From assembly GCA_951406725.2 (NCBI GenBank), contig OX597818.1, positions 24,862,001-24,926,000 on the forward strand: a stretch of 64,000 nucleotides of DNA, written 5' to 3'. Shown here piece by piece: positions 1 to 13,837 of this stretch. The position numbers were made by a program, and so were the translations under genes. Numbering within the stretch: the first letter of the stretch is position 1; every line of letters begins with the position of its first letter. Origin of the DNA: Octopus vulgaris (Eukaryota). The notes under the pieces were generated by a model. The model saw only the letters and a program-made list of their open reading frames with translations. It was not told where the DNA came from and searched no databases.

Positions 1-510
1 TGAGGATCAGAATCGAAATCGATCAATGGAAATTGCGGATGTGCTACCAGTGCCGGTGGCATGTCGAAACTCTGCTTGTGAAGACCCATTGAGGCAAGTG
101 AGGATCAGAATCGAAATCGATCAATGGAAATCGATCAATGGAAATTGCAGATGTGTTACCAGTGCCGGTGGCATGTAAGAGAACCTTCCGTTTCGCGACC
201 GTTGCCAGCACCGCCCCGTTTCGTGTTCGTTGCCAGCCTCGCCTGGCCCTCGTGCCGGTGGCACATAAAAAACACCATCCGTTCGTGGCCGTTTGCCAGC
301 TCTGGCTGGCACCAGTGCGGGTGGCACGTAAAAAGCACCCACTACACTCACGGAGTGGTTGGCGTTAGGAAGGGCATCCAGCCGTAGAAACACTGCCAGA
401 TTTGACTGGGCCTGATGAAGCCTTCTGGCTTCACAGACCCCAGCAGAACCGTCCAACCCATGCTAGCATGGAAAACGGACGCTAAATGATGATGATGATG
501 ATGATGATGT
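1..510 (+). mobile_element. RTE-type 3' UTR / SINE-like repeat ending in (GAT)n
   Basis: Tail ...CCATGCTAGCATGGAAAACGGACGCTAAATGATGATG is shared with copies at 33270-33655, 41940-42075 and 58250-58500; CpG-rich, so young. Confidence 0.75.
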
Positions 511-1064
511 ATAGTGAAAAAGAACAAAGTTTTGGATTAAAATATCTACTTAAGAAAGTGGTGTAATTCTCATCATCTTATTCAGTGGTGAGCTAGTGTG
601 TGCCACTCTTGAGTTTGCTGCCCTGGCTCCATTCCTACCTCATATACAAGATTATACAGCAGACCAAAAATGCCATCTCATAAAAGCATTACCCAAGGCA
701 GATTATTCCCAATGTTCCCCCAACCCCACCTAGCTATGCCTCTGATCTTAATTAATGAGCATTTAAATTTTTCTCCTTTTATGAACCCCTTTGATTCCTA
801 TTTTACTCAGATGGACCCTCATAGCCATTCAATGTTTAAAGAATCTTATATTTTTATAATTAAATATTAGGAATTGTATAACAAAAATTGTTAAAATATT
901 TTTTGTGTTGTAGAAGTATAACCAACTTAGTGTACATAAATTTTAACAATAAAACCTTATATGGACCGTAGTTGAGAAACAATGATTTATATCATCAAAT
1001 TTGATACTTTTGAATAATCATTTTTAAAAGACCATATTTATTAACACACACAAATTTCCCTAAT

Positions 1065-1500
1065 TAGAAGTGAAGGGGGTTACAGCAAAAAGATAGCAAC
1101 CAGAATAAGGAAAGAGTGGAAAAAGTTCAGAGAACCACTACCTCTACTGGCAACAAAGGGTTACTTCTCTCCTAATGAAGTGTTAATTGTATAATGCCTA
1201 TGTGTGATAAAATGTAGATGTGTGAAAGCAGAATACAGAAGTGAGCTAAGAGAAAATATGGATGTTTAAGGAAATAAGCCATGGTATGGAAAAGAGAAGA
1301 CTGTACTAGCACAAATATGTTGCATATGAAGGATGAAAGGTGGGTGAAGGAAAGTCAAGTGATCCAGATAGAAAGAATCAGTTGAAGAGGAAGATGTGAA
1401 GAAGCATTGGAGGCTGAACTCCGGATGTTGTATCTCACAGGAAAAGATGACAAGTAACCTCAACAAATGGTGAAAAACTGCATTTGAGCAGTGAAACAGT
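1065..1500 (+). mobile_element. Decayed RTE LINE 3' fragment
   Basis: Encodes ATRIRKEWKKFREPLPLLATKG, similar to 40750-40810 and 61440-61500. Confidence 0.7.
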
Positions 1501-1974
1501 AGAATCCAAGGAAACAAGTGATGGTCCATGTCAACAGATGGATCATTTCACAAAGTTGATTTAATTTGCTGTGAAAAGTCTGGCATTTTGGGCAGGATCT
1601 TTTATGGTAGGAGTTAGAAATTACTAGCAATATTAAAATATACAGAAGTAGGTACACAGTTCCACATATAAATTTAATATTGATAATAATTTTAGTGTTT
1701 CAGTTTAATTCAAGCCTCACTTCATGCACCCACCCAACAATAATTAATGAAGACTTTATCCTCTATAGTATAGTCAGAAGTAAGAAAGTGGAAGATATAT
1801 AATGTCCATTAATTGAATTCATTTTTTGGAGAGTTTATTTTGCTCTGGAAAATTCTTTGAAAGAAATTTTTGTTGAAAAAATGAGTACAATACTAGTGCT
1901 TTAATTATTTAATACTTTATCATTATCATTATTATGATGCTAGTGCATGCTAATTTAGTTAGTAGATATTTTAT

Positions 1975-2305
1975 TTTGATGTTTGGTGACAAGTTTCCTC
2001 AAATCTCAAGAATTTTCCTTACGATTCTTGCAGGCTACAGAATGGGACTTTGCTGCAGGTTGACAATGCAAGTTTCAATTCCAATCTCTTTCAGTCTTTT
2101 AGGTAGCATTTTGAGTGTTGTGCCAAGTGCATCAATAACTACAGAAATAATTGTTATCTTGGTCTTCCAGTTTCCTCAGCTCTCAGGCTAGACCCTGATA
2201 TCTCTCAATTTTATCAATTTCTTTGGTACTGACCCTCTACTATAGGAAATTGCAAAATCTATGATCCTACACTGTTTATTTTGACCTGTATGACTAATAA
2301 TAATT
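1975..2305 (-). mobile_element. R4/Dong-type (RLE) non-LTR retrotransposon 3' fragment
   Basis: Minus strand encodes CRIIDFA and ITIISVVIDALGTTLK...LKEIGIE...ARIVRKILEI*, the C-terminus typical of restriction-like endonuclease elements; abuts a (TAA)n run. Confidence 0.65.
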
Positions 2306-4264
2306 ATTATTATTAAGTTTGTGTATTGTACTGAAAAAAAAAAAAAAAAGAATTCTAAGCCAAAATAATTTCCAAAGTAAAATAAAGAAATAAAAAAAAA
2401 TTCTTATTTTGAAAAATATATCATTTTTCTTTTTCCATTTTTTTATGCAGAATCATAATCTTCAAGGTTTTAAACATATAAATCTAAAACAATTTTTTAA
2501 TGAATGAAAATATATATTGTTGAAGGTGCGAAATTGCATTTGGCCAATAACTGACAAGAATTTGGTGACCTTCAGTGTCTATTTTTCTGTTTGTGCATTT
2601 ATTATGTTTTTTAACACACACGTACACACACATACTAACGAATAGAAATCAGTGTTTAAAACATAATCCAAAGATTTAAAATAAAAAAAATAAAAAAAGG
2701 AACAAGTTATGGATGAGGCATGTATGATTCGAAAGTCAGCCATAATTCCTTACTCCTTTATTTTACATTTCCTTTCCTCTATCACAAACCAACTTATTCC
2801 ACTTTATGAACTATTTGGATATATATTTAAATAATTTGCTAACATATCCGGTAATTAATCAATCAAGCAAAGAAACTGGACAAAAATAAAAGAATGAAGT
2901 ATAAGTAAAAATAGTGTCAAAAATACGATGTCTATTATAAGCACACACAGAAGGCAACAATTGGGTATCCAGTAAGTTTGCATATCTAATGAGATTTGAG
3001 TCAAAACTGTCATTTGCTCCTAAATTATACTAATACTATGAGATGACACTGAGCACGTAGTTTGAAAGGATCTAGTTTTGAAAAGCATTATGCTCCATGG
3101 TACCTAAGATGTATCAACTGACCTATAAGGTTCCAGAGATTGTAGTCTTCCAAAGACTCCATAGTGTGATGTATGTGTAAATACACAAGCATACACACAC
3201 TACACATAATATGTATTTTATAATAGTGTATGCATCTATGATGTACTCACATCCATTTTCAGCTTTCTAGAGTAATGTAGCATAAAACTTAGTGAGCAAG
3301 AGAATGAACAGACTTAAATCTGAATCTCCCTTTCATAGCTTCAATGAAAGATTATAAACAAATGAGGGGTTAAATAAAGAGATGTTTGTATTACCTTGGA
3401 TGAAAACAGGCTATGCCTAATCCAGATAAGTTTAATTAATAAATCATACACAAAACTAAAAGTGTGCAATTTAAGAAGAAAATAAAAGTATGAATTATAA
3501 AATTAAGAAAATAAATTGTATTCAGTGATGCACTGCTACATCTTCCAATCTTCAGAGCATAACTACATCCCCAAAATAACCACTATTGCACATAAAAATA
3601 CCAGTCAATCTGTATGTATATTTAGTCACTTTAGTTGCCAATAGTCTGACCAATCAACAGGTCATTGGGTTATAAGTTACCAGCAGTACTACGAGTGACT
3701 AAACAGACAACCCTAATAAGCCCAAATTTTTTCTTTTTCACCTCAATTTTTTCTTTTTTTTTTTTTTTTGTATAATCGTATGAAGTCCCACGTATAAAAT
3801 TCAAATTCACAAAAATTTTCTGAAAACTCCGAAAAATAATAAAGTTATGTGGAGGTTATATGTCGTGCACAATTCTGTGGTTTCATATCAAAACACAAGT
3901 GCCATTTTCAGGATGTGGACAAAATGTGCAGTCCCGTACAAAATGATAGCTTTGAAATCATGTTTCTTGACTGGGCGAGAATGATCAAACTTGAAACCTA
4001 TATAACTTTTTAAAACATTTTTCTGGAAAAAGTTGAATAACTCCAGCAATTTAGCTTGGAAAGGTACATTAATGTGCCAAATTCTAAAATTTTCAATAAA
4101 CTTTAATTTTTGAAATGCTAGCAGGCAAACGAACTAGATCTGTATTTGCTCCAGTAAAAACATGTCATCTGACTCTGCTCTGTTGACTTCTTCTTCTCTT
4201 TGGGAATACCATACTATCTTTCTGATGCCGTCTGTAGAAATTCATTTCCACATTTTCACTTTAA

Positions 4265-6099
4265 TGATGCCGTCATTCAAGAAAATTTGTCGACAGTACA
4301 GTAGTGATTATTTATTGTTTGGATAAATTCCCTCTCCTAAGAACTGTCAGTTACCAATGGGCCTTCTTTGCCGTCAAACATTGACCAACGAAGCAATGAA
4401 TCCTTCATGCTTGAAGTATCACTTTGATGCAAAGCATTCTGACAAGAAGGACAAAACGTTATCATACTTTTTGCAACTGAGCTCCTCTTTCAAAAAGCAA
4501 ATACAGAGATTCAACACGCTACTCCAGGAAACTAGTAAACAGGAGAATGACGAGTTGATTGCATCATACAACATTGCATTGCTTGTTGCTAAGTCTGGGA
4601 AGTCTCACACAATTGGAGAAACATTACTTCCCTTGGTTATTGAAGGGGTTTTGTCAACCATTATGCACGAAAGACCCAATAAAATGAAGATACCACTTAG
4701 CAATAACGCAATTTCTCAATACAACGGTGAAATGGCTAACGATGTCAAACATCAGCTCATTAATATTTTTCAGCGTTCTGAATTTTCTATACAAGTGTAT
4801 GAGTCAACTGTTGTGGACAATCAATGTTTGATGATGGTATATGTTCAGTATTTCAGCGAAGACCTTCAATCTTGTGAAGAAATGCTGTTCATAGAGAAAT
4901 TGCTGCTTGGTGCAATTATTTTTCACACTTTCAAGTCTTTCCTTTTTGAACATAATATCCCACTCAGTAATATTCTTGCCTGTGCATCTGATGGAGCCCC
5001 TTCGATGATAGGAAGATACAGAAGTTTTTCATCTCTTTTAAAGCAGGAAATTACCCACCAGATACTAACTGTTCATTGCTTGGCACACCAGCAGCATCTA
5101 GTGGCAAAAAATATGAACAGTATATTGAATGATTCACTACAGTTAGTTATCAAGACTGTGAACAAATTGAAGTCCAGTCCCTTGTCTGATCAAATTTTCC
5201 ATCAACTCTGTCTGAGAAATGACGAGGCCCATACTAAACTCTTATACCGAAGTGCAGTAGCTGTCAAAAGGAAACTGTTTTATGTTTTGTTGAACTGTTT
5301 CATATAATCATCTCTTTCTTTGAAGATACTCCACTATCCACTTCATTGATGGCTGCAAGGTGCGATATCTTTTTTCTTTGTGATATATTCACAAAATTAA
5401 ATGATTTGAATAAGTTATTGCAAGGAAACAAAAACTCTCATTGATTGCGAATCATTTATCACTACCTTCATTTCGAAATTGCTGTTGTATAAGACTAACA
5501 TTTAAAAACGTCAATTCCAATTTCCACAACTTGATTCTTTGACGCTACAATGTGATATTGTCATAATGGCAAAGAAAGTTTGTGGTAGCATCAGAGTATA
5601 TTGAATTCCTACCCCAATCTGTGGAAACATCTGAAATTACTTTTGCTTGCCTTCCCTACCTCATACCTGGTTTTAACCATGTTGGAACTTTACTTTCCCA
5701 TAAAAGAATTGGACAGGATGTGACACAACGAGAAGACTTGCGGCTAAAGTTCACAAGTTTGAAACCAAATGTATCTGCACTAGCTGCATTGCACCAGACA
5801 TAGTTCTCATTAAAAAGTTTTACTTTTTTCCTTTATAATACAAGCATTAATTATTTTTGCATCGGTAGTTCTGATCAATGGTTCATTTAGGGAAAATGAA
5901 AATCAGTGTAAAAGAAAGCGCAAGTTTCCAGAAGTTAATCTGTCTGCATAATATAGAGCTATTCACACTAATAACAAAACTAAACTCACAATAAGGGTTT
6001 TGTAAACGACCATATATTTAGTCCAAATGGCAATGACAGGACAACAATTTTGTTGGGCAATATTGCAATGTGGCACATAAAGTTTGGGAAACACTACTG
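4265..6099 (+). mobile_element. hAT Buster/Charlie-type transposon, decayed transposase (ORF 4357-5307)
   Basis: Motifs MNPSCLKYHF..KH, ASYNIALLVAKSGKSHTIGETL, FSIQVYES, ASDGAPSMIG, HCLAHQQHL. Frameshifts and stops downstream. Charlie-like right TIR AAGTTTGGGAAACACT near 6080-6095. Confidence 0.88.
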
Positions 6100-6248
6100 T
6101 AGAAGGAAAACTTTCATGTAACACCTGTGACTTCTTTTGCATCCAAATATATAGACTAGTTCTTCTTATAAGGACTAATGCATATGTTGTTTAGAGAGTG
6201 GGATTGGCTCTCAATTTATAGAGTTTCAGCACAAGTATCATCTGGTTT

Positions 6249-6790
6249 TTAACCTTTAGGAACCCTAACCACCCACAGGAATTGAATGCACCACCCTAAG
6301 CTCCCTGCGAGTTTCACTGAAAATTTTTAATTTTAGAATCTATGCTGAAAGACATGCTTGTTTCACAACATAAGGGTACAAAATGGTGAAAAATGATAGA
6401 ATACAAGATGTTCAAATCTTTCTTCATTAATCTATTCCCAACACAGCACTTTGTTGTGCCAGTCATGCTAGCAGTTTGATCTTGGTTTCCCAATACAGAG
6501 GAAAACTTTGCAGTGGTTACATCAGAAAATAGTCTTCAACTGTTTTGGCAAGTCCTTATATTGAGCATTAGGATTTGCTCTCTTAGCCCGCCTATGTTTC
6601 TCCATGCACACAGCACAACAATTGTTTGTGGTTGCATGTTTAGCTTGTTCCACCTCATGCAATCCAACATCAACCAAACGATCCTCTGCAGTTGCTGGAT
6701 GATTATGTCCCACTTAGATACTGACCTTCACATCACCGATTAGTTCATGACAAATCTTATCCAAGAAAGCATAGAATACGAAGGTTCTTT
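6249..6790 (-). mobile_element. piggyBac remnant (C-terminal Cys-rich domain and right end)
   Basis: CAVC...KTIF*CNHCKVFLCIG..SNC*HDWH matches the piggyBac CRD; TTAA+CCTTT terminus at 6249. Confidence 0.7.
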
Positions 6791-7211
6791 TGTTAGGTTG
6801 ATAAAACTCAAATGGTGTTCAATTTGAAATTGCTTAACCCATAAAGCGCTGGGATTTGGACTTAGCTACATGGACTGCTGAGCACATTTTATGAAAATGA
6901 GACTACCATGCACACACAAAAAATTAAAAAATAGTTAAAATATCTTCTTAGTATATAATGGTGGCAAGTTTATATCATCTAAAAATTCATTAGTTCAACT
7001 ATTTGTCCTCTTGCATTCTCGAGGAGCATCAGAGTGTTTGAGTGACATTAGACCCCAGCAACACCCAAAAATAAAATGCCTCTATCTGGGGCATAATCAT
7101 GGCTTGTCGACATGTGCCCAATGGCCCCGATTGTGGCCCTTCGTGCTTTATGTGATAATGCATACATGTGTCTGTCTGTCTCTCTCTGCATTTATAAATA
7201 TATATTCAAAG

Positions 7212-7450
7212 TCAACCCTTTTGATATCAACTTGACTGCGATCACTAGTTCTATGATACAAAGCTACACATGTTGAAATGTTAATAATTAAAATTAAAAT
7301 ATTTCATCATAATTTTATGTAAGAATCTTTTGTTGTTTCAAATACCATCATGTTTTTTTTCTTCTTTTATTTTTACCAAATCCTTGATTATTTTAAATTA
7401 ATTAAAACATCAGAGTGTATTTCAATACAAATATGGTTGCAAAAGTTGAT
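7212..7450. mobile_element. TTAA-type (piggyBac-like) MITE, decayed
   Basis: TCAACCCTTTTGATA ... TGCAAAAGTTGA ends; related to the inverted copy at 19225. Confidence 0.55.
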
Positions 7451-8411
7451 GTTAGTTACTCTTTGCTAGAGTACATATGCTGCAATATTGCATCATTTTC
7501 AACATTCCAAACATGCATTAACTTATTTGCAAGGTCAAACTATGTCAAGCCTTATACTTCATTTTATTTATTTTTTTAAGATGAGGCGGAGACCACCTCC
7601 GAAAAAAGTACTGTGACTTTGTCGACACTGAGAAAACTCAAAACTTTCAAGTTACTAATAAATCTTACATTGAACTACAAAACTCTTTTGAAAAATCCTG
7701 AAGACTTGTAGCAATCCTACACAAATGATTTCCACTCCTGACATATATTTCTCTTCTACCTATACAAATGATTTCCGCCTCTGATATGTGTACTTTTCTC
7801 CAAGCATACAAATACAAGCTAACTAATGAAATGAATGTCACACATCAAAAATAGTTCTGGCTTCAATGCACAGTATTCATTTCACTATATTTTCTGATAT
7901 TCACACATCATTTGTACTTTCGTTTCACTACAACTTACTGATGATATTCCTTATCAAAAAAGTTTCTCATTCCCTTAAGCTATTCTTCTATATGATATAC
8001 CTATTTTCCTTGCATTACTGTTACAAAGTATCCAAATTTCATTTCACTATTACTCATAAAAAAAGGCCGTCACAAAACGAACACCAAACAAATGCATGAC
8101 ATGCATCAGATAATGATGATGAGACATGAATGTGGCTTGCAACAGAGAAAGAAAGCTTGATGTGCATCTGAAACCGAACATCAACGAAATGCTAGATAAA
8201 TAAAATAACACATACAACTCATTATTGTCATATCATAAACAAACACAAGTTCATGTATGATATTGATCTTTCTTCTACTTTCAATTATTACATAGTTTTC
8301 TCTTCCAAAAATGCCCACATACAGATGCAAATTATCCATATAATAATACATACAATGTGGCTCCCAATAAACAGTAAAAGTAATTAATCAATGATGGGTT
8401 TTATTGCTAGT

Positions 8412-8443
<32 letters not shown>

Positions 8444-8539
8444 AATAACAATACATTTAGTAAAAAAGAAAGAACTGTCTGTAGTATAGGTGCAGGAGTA
8501 GCTACCAGTAAATAAATTCTTTTGAATCTTTCAGCAGGC

Positions 8540-9115
8540 TCCAGATAAGTAGTAGATAGTTACTAGTACCTAGGTGACCTAATTAGCAGTGGAAGAGGTG
8601 TCTGAAAGCATAGTAGTCAGAGTAATAACAAGACCAAAAAAGTTCAGGGAGCTATTACTTCTGACTGGCAACAAAGGACTCTTTCTCTAAGTCTAGGGTT
8701 GAATTTACAATGTTCATGTTCAAAGTGCAATGTTGCATGATAGAAAAACATGAACAAAGGCTGTATGAAGGTTGAAAAGAAATGAAGCAAGCATGTTCAA
8801 CAGGATGTGTAATTTTTGTGAGCAAAGAACATCATAGCACAAATAAGCTGAGAAAAACTGTGTGTAAGAATGTATAAGAGAGAAGAGTCAGCTGGTACAG
8901 ACATGTGATGCATATGGAAGATGACAGTTGGGAACAGAAATGTCAAGAGATCCAAATAGAAAGAGCCTGTGGAAGAGGAAAAGTAAGAAAGACAAGGAGG
9001 AAAATGAACCTCATGATGGAGATGATAAAAAACTGCAACAAGTGTGAAAATGTTGTGTTGGAAAAAACTGCCCAACCCATGCAAACACAGAAAAACAAAT
9101 GTAAAATGATGATGA
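8540..9115 (+). mobile_element. Decayed RTE LINE 3' fragment
   Basis: KFRELLLL.ATKG and IERACGRGKVRKT motifs, (GAT)n-like tail. Confidence 0.7.
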
Positions 9116-12100
9116 AGACAATGAATGTAACATTTAAATAAACAAACACAGAAAATAAGATTGTGAAATCCTACTTAAGAACATTTTCATTTAAAAGCTT
9201 TATCTTGAAACTATGAAAAAAATATAGTTCATGGTATTATTCATTAATTCCAACCCACAGATATAGTGAACAGTTTAATAGCAGCAGGAATAATAATGCT
9301 TCAAATACCATGATGAATCTTAGTTAAAACAAATTAATTTACAATGTCCAAATAATAACAATAGTTGATACTGAATAACTAAAATACATGTCAAATATTT
9401 CAAAAGAAAGAAGAAAGTGAGGAAACGAAAGTCCTCTTAGAATAAACTTTATAGGTAATGTAAGTATTAAAAAAAATTTTTTAATGGTTGTGGGTATGCA
9501 AAAATACCTAATGATACATTAACAGAATAGGACAAATCACTATTATTGTTTTTATTTTATTTAAGGAAGTGATATTGCTATAAAATATTTCCGAGAAAAA
9601 TTTAGTTTAAAAAATACCTTCAACACAGAAATAAACTATAGAAAAACACATAGAAAATCATTCAGACTACTCATCTGAATAATAATAACACAGAATACAA
9701 GCACAGTCATACAAACACCAAAAGCTTTAATAATCAATAAATGGATGATGGTACAAATTAAGATATCTAGTCTTGAGAGAAAAGTGCTAAAATAGAACTG
9801 TTGCATTTGAAAAACCTAGTAAAAGGATCATCATCATCATCATTAACAACTAGAATTTAGTCCCAAATACTGCCAATACAGAGAAAGAAAACGAGTAGCA
9901 AAAATACTGTGCAAATGGCTGGCATTAGTGTTTAAAACATAGCTGCTATAATGGTAGCTGTCCTCAATTGGAAGCAGTAGTAGTCATTAGTCAGGCTTGC
10001 ACCATCTTAGATAACACTAAGCAAATCTTCAACCAGCAACTGCACAACATTTTAGGTACAAAAATATGGATAGCAGTTTCTTCTTCCCATTTTTCACTTA
10101 AATGTTCCAAATGAGAATAATTATTAACAAAATTAAATAATTATTGTTGACATATGATATAAATTAAATAATGAGTGTTATTAAAAAATCTTTTTTTTAA
10201 ACTCAATTACTAATTAAATACAATCCCTAACCCCTATCACGATCCTATTTCAAATAAAGCAGATCGAGTTCAAGTAGCCCCATAAAAGTTGCCTTAGATA
10301 TGTATGCTTGTTTGTATGTATGAATGAATGAATGAGTGAATGAATGAATGAATGAATGAAAAACGTGTGTATGTGTGTGTGTACACACACAAAGTTGCCT
10401 TTATCACAATAACCAGATTTTTAAAAAAAATTTATCATTATGAGGAATGAGTATCATTTTTGTCAAAGAGACCTGTACTTTTGATTGTAATCAATGAAAT
10501 CTATAACCAACATATGAAGAACAATTATTACTGTAAATCAAAATATGTCAATGTATTCATCCAATATTTCTTCATTAAAATATTTGGATGAGCAATATTG
10601 AGACAATATTCAGAGATTCTTGATAAAGCCTTGATGTTTTTTGAGTACCATAAAAGAATAATAAGAATAATAAATAAATGTTGACATTTCTAGTCACTTT
10701 TTTCCAGAAAAATACACAGAAGGAAAATGACAAACAATTTTTCAAATTCTGATCAACAACAACAAAAAAAGGCCTAATTTATATCATGAGATTCAAATAA
10801 AAGAATGTTTATTAAAATACAACACTAAAGTTTTACAAATAGTTCTTTTGAAATCATGTTATTTACTAGTATGGCAAACAATAACACTGAATTTATAGGT
10901 TAGCCACCGTCAGTGAAGAGTTATAATGCAGGTATAGGAGATACTACTGCTACTATCAGCAATGCAGTAGACTGCATAAGCTGTGTGTATGTGTTAGTAC
11001 ATACACAAATTATCAGGATACAAAACGTAGAATTATTTGTAGAATATTAAATAAATAATACCAATCAATTATATTAATTTTTTTAATATATTAAAGTAGA
11101 ATTGGAGAAGGACTGGGATACATAGACTCGAATGAGAAGATTCATTTATGACAACATATGCATTAAAAAATGCAGATCACAATAATGATACCGAATAAAC
11201 TATCAAGAAAATCACACATTGTACTTGGGTATACTGACAGAAGAAATTTATATTATCATATGTAAGATAAAATAATATTTTGAAAGCTTTTTAATAATGT
11301 AGTATGCTGGTGCAGTAAAAGATTGATGGAGCTAGTTTACAACTATGTTTAACAGCTGGACCATTAAAAATAGTATATGCCATAAGATATATTCAATAAT
11401 GTTATATAAAATAATCAGTCATGAAATTAAATACGGATACATATTTTTGTACAGAATTACATAGTAATAAATTCACTTTGATAATTACAATTACAAAAGG
11501 AAATTGTCATTGGCCAACTGATCAAAAACAGTTCCTTTAATATTAAAAATATCAATGATTTTAATAATTTTTACATGATTAACCTCATCTTTAGAGATGA
11601 AACAAATTTTTTTTATAATTATATCTGCCATAATACCTTATTTAGTATGCCAATGTACACTCTACAGTGGCATATATCCAGGAATAAGACACCTGATGAC
11701 AATTGGCGATTGAGCAGATCGAAATGTAGTGAGATGTACATTTAAAAAAGTTTCATCTAAAAAGATTAAGTGAATAGTTTCAAAAATTATAATCATTAAC
11801 AATAACTCTTCTCAGACATTTACACAATTATTTGGAAAAGTTTTTATTAAGAACATTTGTAATAGTTATTTCATGCCTTTGAATACTATACACAACTAAA
11901 TACTTCTGAATTTTATCCTTATACTCTAATACATCAAATAACATTAAAACAAGGGATTTTGTGGAAATATGACAGTCTCAGAGAAGATGGGCAAATTTAA
12001 AAGGATTAGAAAGACAATAGGAAGATGCAGAAGAGTTAGGCATAAATTAGAAAAGTAGTTAAGATTTTAGCATTCAGATAATTAAGGGATATTTCTGAAT

Positions 12101-13837
12101 GCCTTGAAGGCAACTGAAATGAAAGAAATTAATGTAGGATAAGTAGGTAGTGAAGAGTAAGGCTTTCAGAAAGAAAATGTATATCATGTCAATGAAAAAA
12201 TATAAGCATAAAAAAAATTATGACCTAATATATTAAACAAAATAAAGTAAATAAGTCAGGTTCACAAAGTCGTGTTAACATCCTGTAATGAATGCAAAAG
12301 TTATAGAGTTAACAGGTGTTAAAATTCCACAAACAGATGTCTCAAGCCAATGAGGGAGGTTATACATAGTCACTGAACTTGCTTGAAATAGCTACCAAAT
12401 CTCTCTTAAATCACACCCTACCACCAGTAATAAGAAAAGAACAAATCAGAAAATGTAGGCCTATTATGCTCCTAAAAAATGGTGTGGTCATGACTGGAAT
12501 ATCTTTTATCATGCATGCTGACAATCAGGCTTGACCTGGAGTTAATAATAACAGCATAAGATGACATTCTCTAAAGTGAAAAACCAACATTATTTCTTTT
12601 AACATGTTACAAAGTAAATTTTATGAAAAAAGAATACAGTTGCCTGAACTGAACACAGTATGTAACTACTGTATAGAATTATTATATCAATTTCTAGAAG
12701 TATGAACGTAATATCATTTTGAGTTCAAATCCTTATAGGGTTTGATTCATCTATTTGAGGAATGTACGTTATTATCATCTGCATATGAATAAAATAGATG
12801 AGACAAAAAAAAAACTACTGGGAATAAAGGGAAAAGTATCAGGAAAAGTTTTAAATGAATACGTAGAAAAAAAACTTATGCAAATTGGATATATACTAAG
12901 ATAACCATAAATATGTTGAAAGGGTTAAAGTCATGTCACAGAATTATACATCACCATAAGTTAAGTAAAACATTTAAATGCACCTTTTTATTGAAAACTG
13001 TCTGAAATACATAAAGAGAAGAAATCTATTTAGATTGAGTTGCCAGGCAATTCAAAGAAATTGCCAAGCTAATGGGAAGATAGATTTTGGAAACATCCCC
13101 AACTTGAAAATAGTGACTCTACATCTAACCTTTTTGTAGATGTGACAAGTTTCTTTCTTTGTTGGACAAATAGAGTGGTCTTGCTAGAAGTCTGGACAAA
13201 AACAGCATCTTTGTCTAAAAGCTGATATGCTCATGATGGCAGCAGTACACTCAATGCCAAGGCGGAGAAGGTCATTGCTAAGTTACTATTTCTTTGGTCA
13301 ACTTTAATGGAATGAGCCTATTCTAAATCCAACAAAGAGTTTTCAGAGTTTGTGGGATTCTGTCAGACATTCTCACAAATAAATGCGATTTCAAAACCCG
13401 TTTCTCAATACACAGCAGTTACAGCTTGAAATTTACAATGTCTGTTTAGGCTGCAAAGTATTGTGACTTAAGATTCAAAGTCTTGACCAGGTTGCAGTTT
13501 TGTCACTGCAATTGGAATCAACAAAAAATTGCATTCTGCTGCTCAAGAGTAACTACTGTAATATTGTTGTCACAGCAATCTGCAATATGGCTAAAGGCGA
13601 GATTAGTAAGCATACAGAGCTTTTGTCATTCAAGTGAGCTTTGAAGTTCAGCAAGAAAATTTAGGAATGTAATTTTCCAGTGTGCACACTCTATGCTTGT
13701 ACATCATAAAGTACCATCGAAGCAATGTGGCCAAAAACTTCCCACAAAATCCCAAAGTTTTAATGTTATTTGATTTTATTGTAAAAGACATGTCCTAAAG
13801 TACATTTTGGTGGAACTTGTAAAAATAATTGTTTAGT

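Noticed and set aside
2707-2745. Hammerhead-like GAAAGTC with TTATGG/CCATAA pairing
   Set aside because: No CUGANGA box in this copy; cannot be supported without a family consensus.
4357-5307. Domesticated SCAND3/ZBED-like host gene
   Set aside because: The first catalytic Asp is replaced (QVYES), the C-terminal half is frameshifted and a TIR remains; it is a decayed transposon.
12520-12545. Minus-strand TPGQ resembling GSK-3 exon 2
   Set aside because: A stop follows within two codons, the flanking residues do not match, and it resembles a SINE tail.
12990-13830. Stop-poor, coding-like stretch (also 14870-15420)
   Set aside because: Several stops in every frame and no recognisable homology; would need tBLASTx.
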